Source of the DNA: Abditibacteriaceae bacterium
GTDB lineage: Bacteria; Armatimonadota; Abditibacteriia; Abditibacteriales; Abditibacteriaceae
Direction of reading: 5' to 3'
NCBI GenBank assembly: GCA_965277285.1
Contig: OZ255721.1
Location: 1,792,001 to 1,856,000, forward strand
DNA: 64,000 nucleotides
The notes beneath the pieces were generated by a model. It was not told the origin of the DNA. It worked only from the letters and a program-made list of their open reading frames with translations, and searched no databases. The position numbers and the translations under genes were made by a program. Below are positions 61,752 through 64,000 of this stretch, piece by piece. Each line of letters starts with the position of its first letter. The first letter of the stretch is position 1.

Positions 61752-63029
61752 TTACTGAACCATGCCAGCGCCGACCGTGACGTTGGTTGCTTCATCAATC
61801 AGAATTAAACTTCCGGTTTCGCGGTTGATTTTGTAAGGATCGACGCACAAAGGAACCGTAGTACGCAAAGTCAGGCGCGCGATGTCGTTCAGGCCGACGT
61901 GAGTTTCGCCTTCGACGCGTTCCAAGCTCGTGATATTGACTTTGTAATTGACGGCTTTAACGACGCATCGCGCATCTTTGGTCGTGTGTTTCAAGGCGTA
62001 TCTACCGCCGATTTGCAGCGGCTTATCGCTCAGCCAGCAAACCATGATTTCCAAATCTTGCGTCACATTGGGCGGACAATCGCCGCCAGAAATCAGGTCG
62101 CCGCGCGAAATGTCGATGTCATCTTTCAAGCGAATCGTAACGCTTTGCGGCGCGAACGTCGCATCGAGTACGCGATCCATTTGCTCGATTGCTTCGATGT
62201 GCGACGTTTGGCCGGACGGAAAAACTTTGACCGCATCGCCGACGCGAAAAACGCCGCCCGCAACGCGCCCCGCATAGCCGCGATAATCGTGATATTCGTC
62301 GCTCATCGGGCGAATCACGTATTGAACTGGAAAGCGCGCATGACTGAGATCGCGGTCGTTTTCAATGGGAAGATTTTCCAGCAAACCCAACAACGTTGGC
62401 CCGCCATACCAATTCATGTTTGTCGATTCGTCAACTACGTTATCGCCCTTGAGAGCCGAAACCGGCAGAAAATGAACGTCCAAACCGTCGGCAATTTGAC
62501 TGGCCATGTCGCGGAACTGCTGGCAAATCTCGTCAAAACGCGATTCGCTCCAATCGACCAAATCCATTTTATTGACGCAAACCAGAACGTGCGGAATGCC
62601 CAGCAAACTGGCGATATACGTGTGACGCCGCGTTTGTTCGATCACCCCATGACGCGCGTCGATGAGGATAATGGCGGCGTTCGCGGTGCTGGCGCCGGTC
62701 ACCATGTTACGCGTGTATTGAATGTGGCCGGGCGTATCGGCGACGATGAATTTGCGGCGCGGCGTCGCAAAATAGCGATACGCGACATCAATCGTGATGC
62801 CCTGCTCGCGTTCGGCGCGCAAACCATCAGTCAAAAGCGCGAGGTTGACGTTTTCCTCGCCGCGCTTTTCCGAAGTGGCGACAATCGCGTCGTATTGGTC
62901 TTCAAAAATCGACTTGGAATCGTACAAAAGCCGCCCGATGAGCGTACTTTTGCCGTCGTCCACGCTGCCCGCCGTCGTGAAGCGCAGCAGTTCCATGTCG
63001 AGATAAGCGGTGGGAGAATGTTCAGTCAT
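61752..63029 (-). CDS. cysN: Sulfate adenylyltransferase subunit 1 (GTPase)
   Basis: GSVDDGKSTLIGRLL, EREQGITIDVAYRYF, DTPGH, NKMD. Confidence 0.96.
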   Translation of the reverse strand: MTEHSPTAYLDMELLRFTTAGSVDDGKSTLIGRLLYDSKSIFEDQYDAIVATSEKRGEENVNLALLTDGLRAEREQGITIDVAYRYFATPRRKFIVADTPGHIQYTRNMVTGASTANAAIILIDARHGVIEQTRRHTYIASLLGIPHVLVCVNKMDLVDWSESRFDEICQQFRDMASQIADGLDVHFLPVSALKGDNVVDESTNMNWYGGPTLLGLLENLPIENDRDLSHARFPVQYVIRPMSDEYHDYRGYAGRVAGGVFRVGDAVKVFPSGQTSHIEAIEQMDRVLDATFAPQSVTIRLKDDIDISRGDLISGGDCPPNVTQDLEIMVCWLSDKPLQIGGRYALKHTTKDARCVVKAVNYKVNITSLERVEGETHVGLNDIARLTLRTTVPLCVDPYKINRETGSLILIDEATNVTVGAGMVQ

Positions 63030-63038
63030 AAGAAAGGA

Positions 63039-63150
63039 AATGATGAATGATGAATACGGAATGATGAATCCGAAGCGGACTTCGAGTACTCGATTCGCTT
63101 AGCGCAAGTATTGAAGCGCATTCATCATTCCGTATTCATCATTCATCATT
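63039..63150. repeat. Heptamer (GATGAAT) inverted repeat with the iterated palindrome in its loop
   Basis: aatgatgaatgatgaatacggaatgatgaat / attcatcattccgtattcatcattcatcatt. Confidence 0.8.
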
Positions 63151-63151
63151 C

Positions 63152-64000
63152 TTAAAAGTAGCCTGCTTTTTTACGGTCTTCCATCGCGGCTTCGCTGCGC
63201 TTGTCATCGGCGCGCGTGCCACGTTCGGTCGTGCGCGAGGCCGCGACTTCCTGGATAATGTCTTCCAAACTGTTGGCCGGGCTTTCGACCGCGCCGGTGC
63301 AAGTCGCGTCGCCGACGGTGCGGAAACGAACTTGTTTTTGCAGCACGGTTTCGTTCGGGCGCGGCTCTAAAAACTCGGTTTGCGCCAGCCACATTCCGTC
63401 GCGCTGAAAAACCGGACGCTGATGCGTGAAATACAAGCTGGGCAAAGCGATATTTTCCTGCGCGATATATTGCCAGACATCCATTTCCGTCCAGTTGGAA
63501 ATCGGGAAAACGCGAAAATGTTCGCCCACGGCTTTGCGGCCATTGAACAAATTCCACAGTTCGGGACGCTGATTTTTCGGATCCCACTGCGAGAACTCGT
63601 CGCGGTGCGAAAAGAAACGCTCTTTGGCGCGCGCCTTTTCCTCATCGCGCCGTGCGCCGCCAATCGCGCAATCGAACTTCAGTTCTTCAAGCGCATCGAC
63701 CAACGTCGTGGTTTGCAACGCGTTGCGGCTGGCGTTCGGGCCTTTTTCTTCAGCCACGCGACCTTGATCAATGGAATCTTGAACCGAACGCACGATCAGT
63801 TTCGCATCGAGTACTCGAATCCATTCGTCGCGGTAGGTAATTGTTTCGGCGAAGTTATGGCCGGTGTCGATGTGCATCAAGGGAAACGGAATCTTGGCTG
63901 GCCAGAACGCTTTGCGCGCCAGATGCGACACGACAATCGAATCTTTGCCGCCCGAAAACAACAAAACCGGACGCTCAAATTGCGCCGCGACCTCGCGCAA
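63152..64000 (-). CDS. cysD: Sulfate adenylyltransferase subunit 2 (5' end outside window)
   Basis: LFSGGKDS, GGARRDEEKARAKER, WDPKNQRPELW, MEDRKKAGYF. Confidence 0.96.
   Translation of the reverse strand: MREVAAQFERPVLLFSGGKDSIVVSHLARKAFWPAKIPFPLMHIDTGHNFAETITYRDEWIRVLDAKLIVRSVQDSIDQGRVAEEKGPNASRNALQTTTLVDALEELKFDCAIGGARRDEEKARAKERFFSHRDEFSQWDPKNQRPELWNLFNGRKAVGEHFRVFPISNWTEMDVWQYIAQENIALPSLYFTHQRPVFQRDGMWLAQTEFLEPRPNETVLQKQVRFRTVGDATCTGAVESPANSLEDIIQEVAASRTTERGTRADDKRSEAAMEDRKKAGYF

Overview
A moderately GC-rich bacterial chromosomal segment. LptD-like, Lnt and SLH-porin-like genes indicate a diderm; a Terrabacteria diderm such as Armatimonadota/Abditibacteriota is my inference only. Most genes are housekeeping: leuS, a sigma-70 factor, a moaD-moaE fusion, a DinG helicase, glnE, mazEF, a cysteine desulfurase with mnmA, hrcA-grpE-dnaJ, an rlmD-like gene, lnt, eno, rsmG, clpS, an Rrf2-sat-mec-cysM cluster and cysDN. 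Two things stand out. (1) At 2427-2974, a near-consensus minus-strand sigma-70 promoter precedes two tandem ~240-nt structured non-coding units with retron msr-msd-like architecture. Their scaffold is conserved, but each carries a different, perfectly paired 24-bp stem. They lead into a >=800-codon helical-repeat ORF that the ORF track misses and lie near an McrBC pair. No reverse transcriptase is visible in the window. (2) The palindrome TCGAGTACTCGA (consensus WTCGAGTACTCGAW) occurs about 48 times exactly, plus roughly 25 near-copies, both inside genes in all three frames and between genes, like a HIP1-type motif. Also present: an IS5-family element inserted into a REP hairpin, several REP/REPIN families, and a Tes-like radical SAM / Lgt-like / zinc-ribbon membrane protein operon. 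Counts and coordinates were read by eye.
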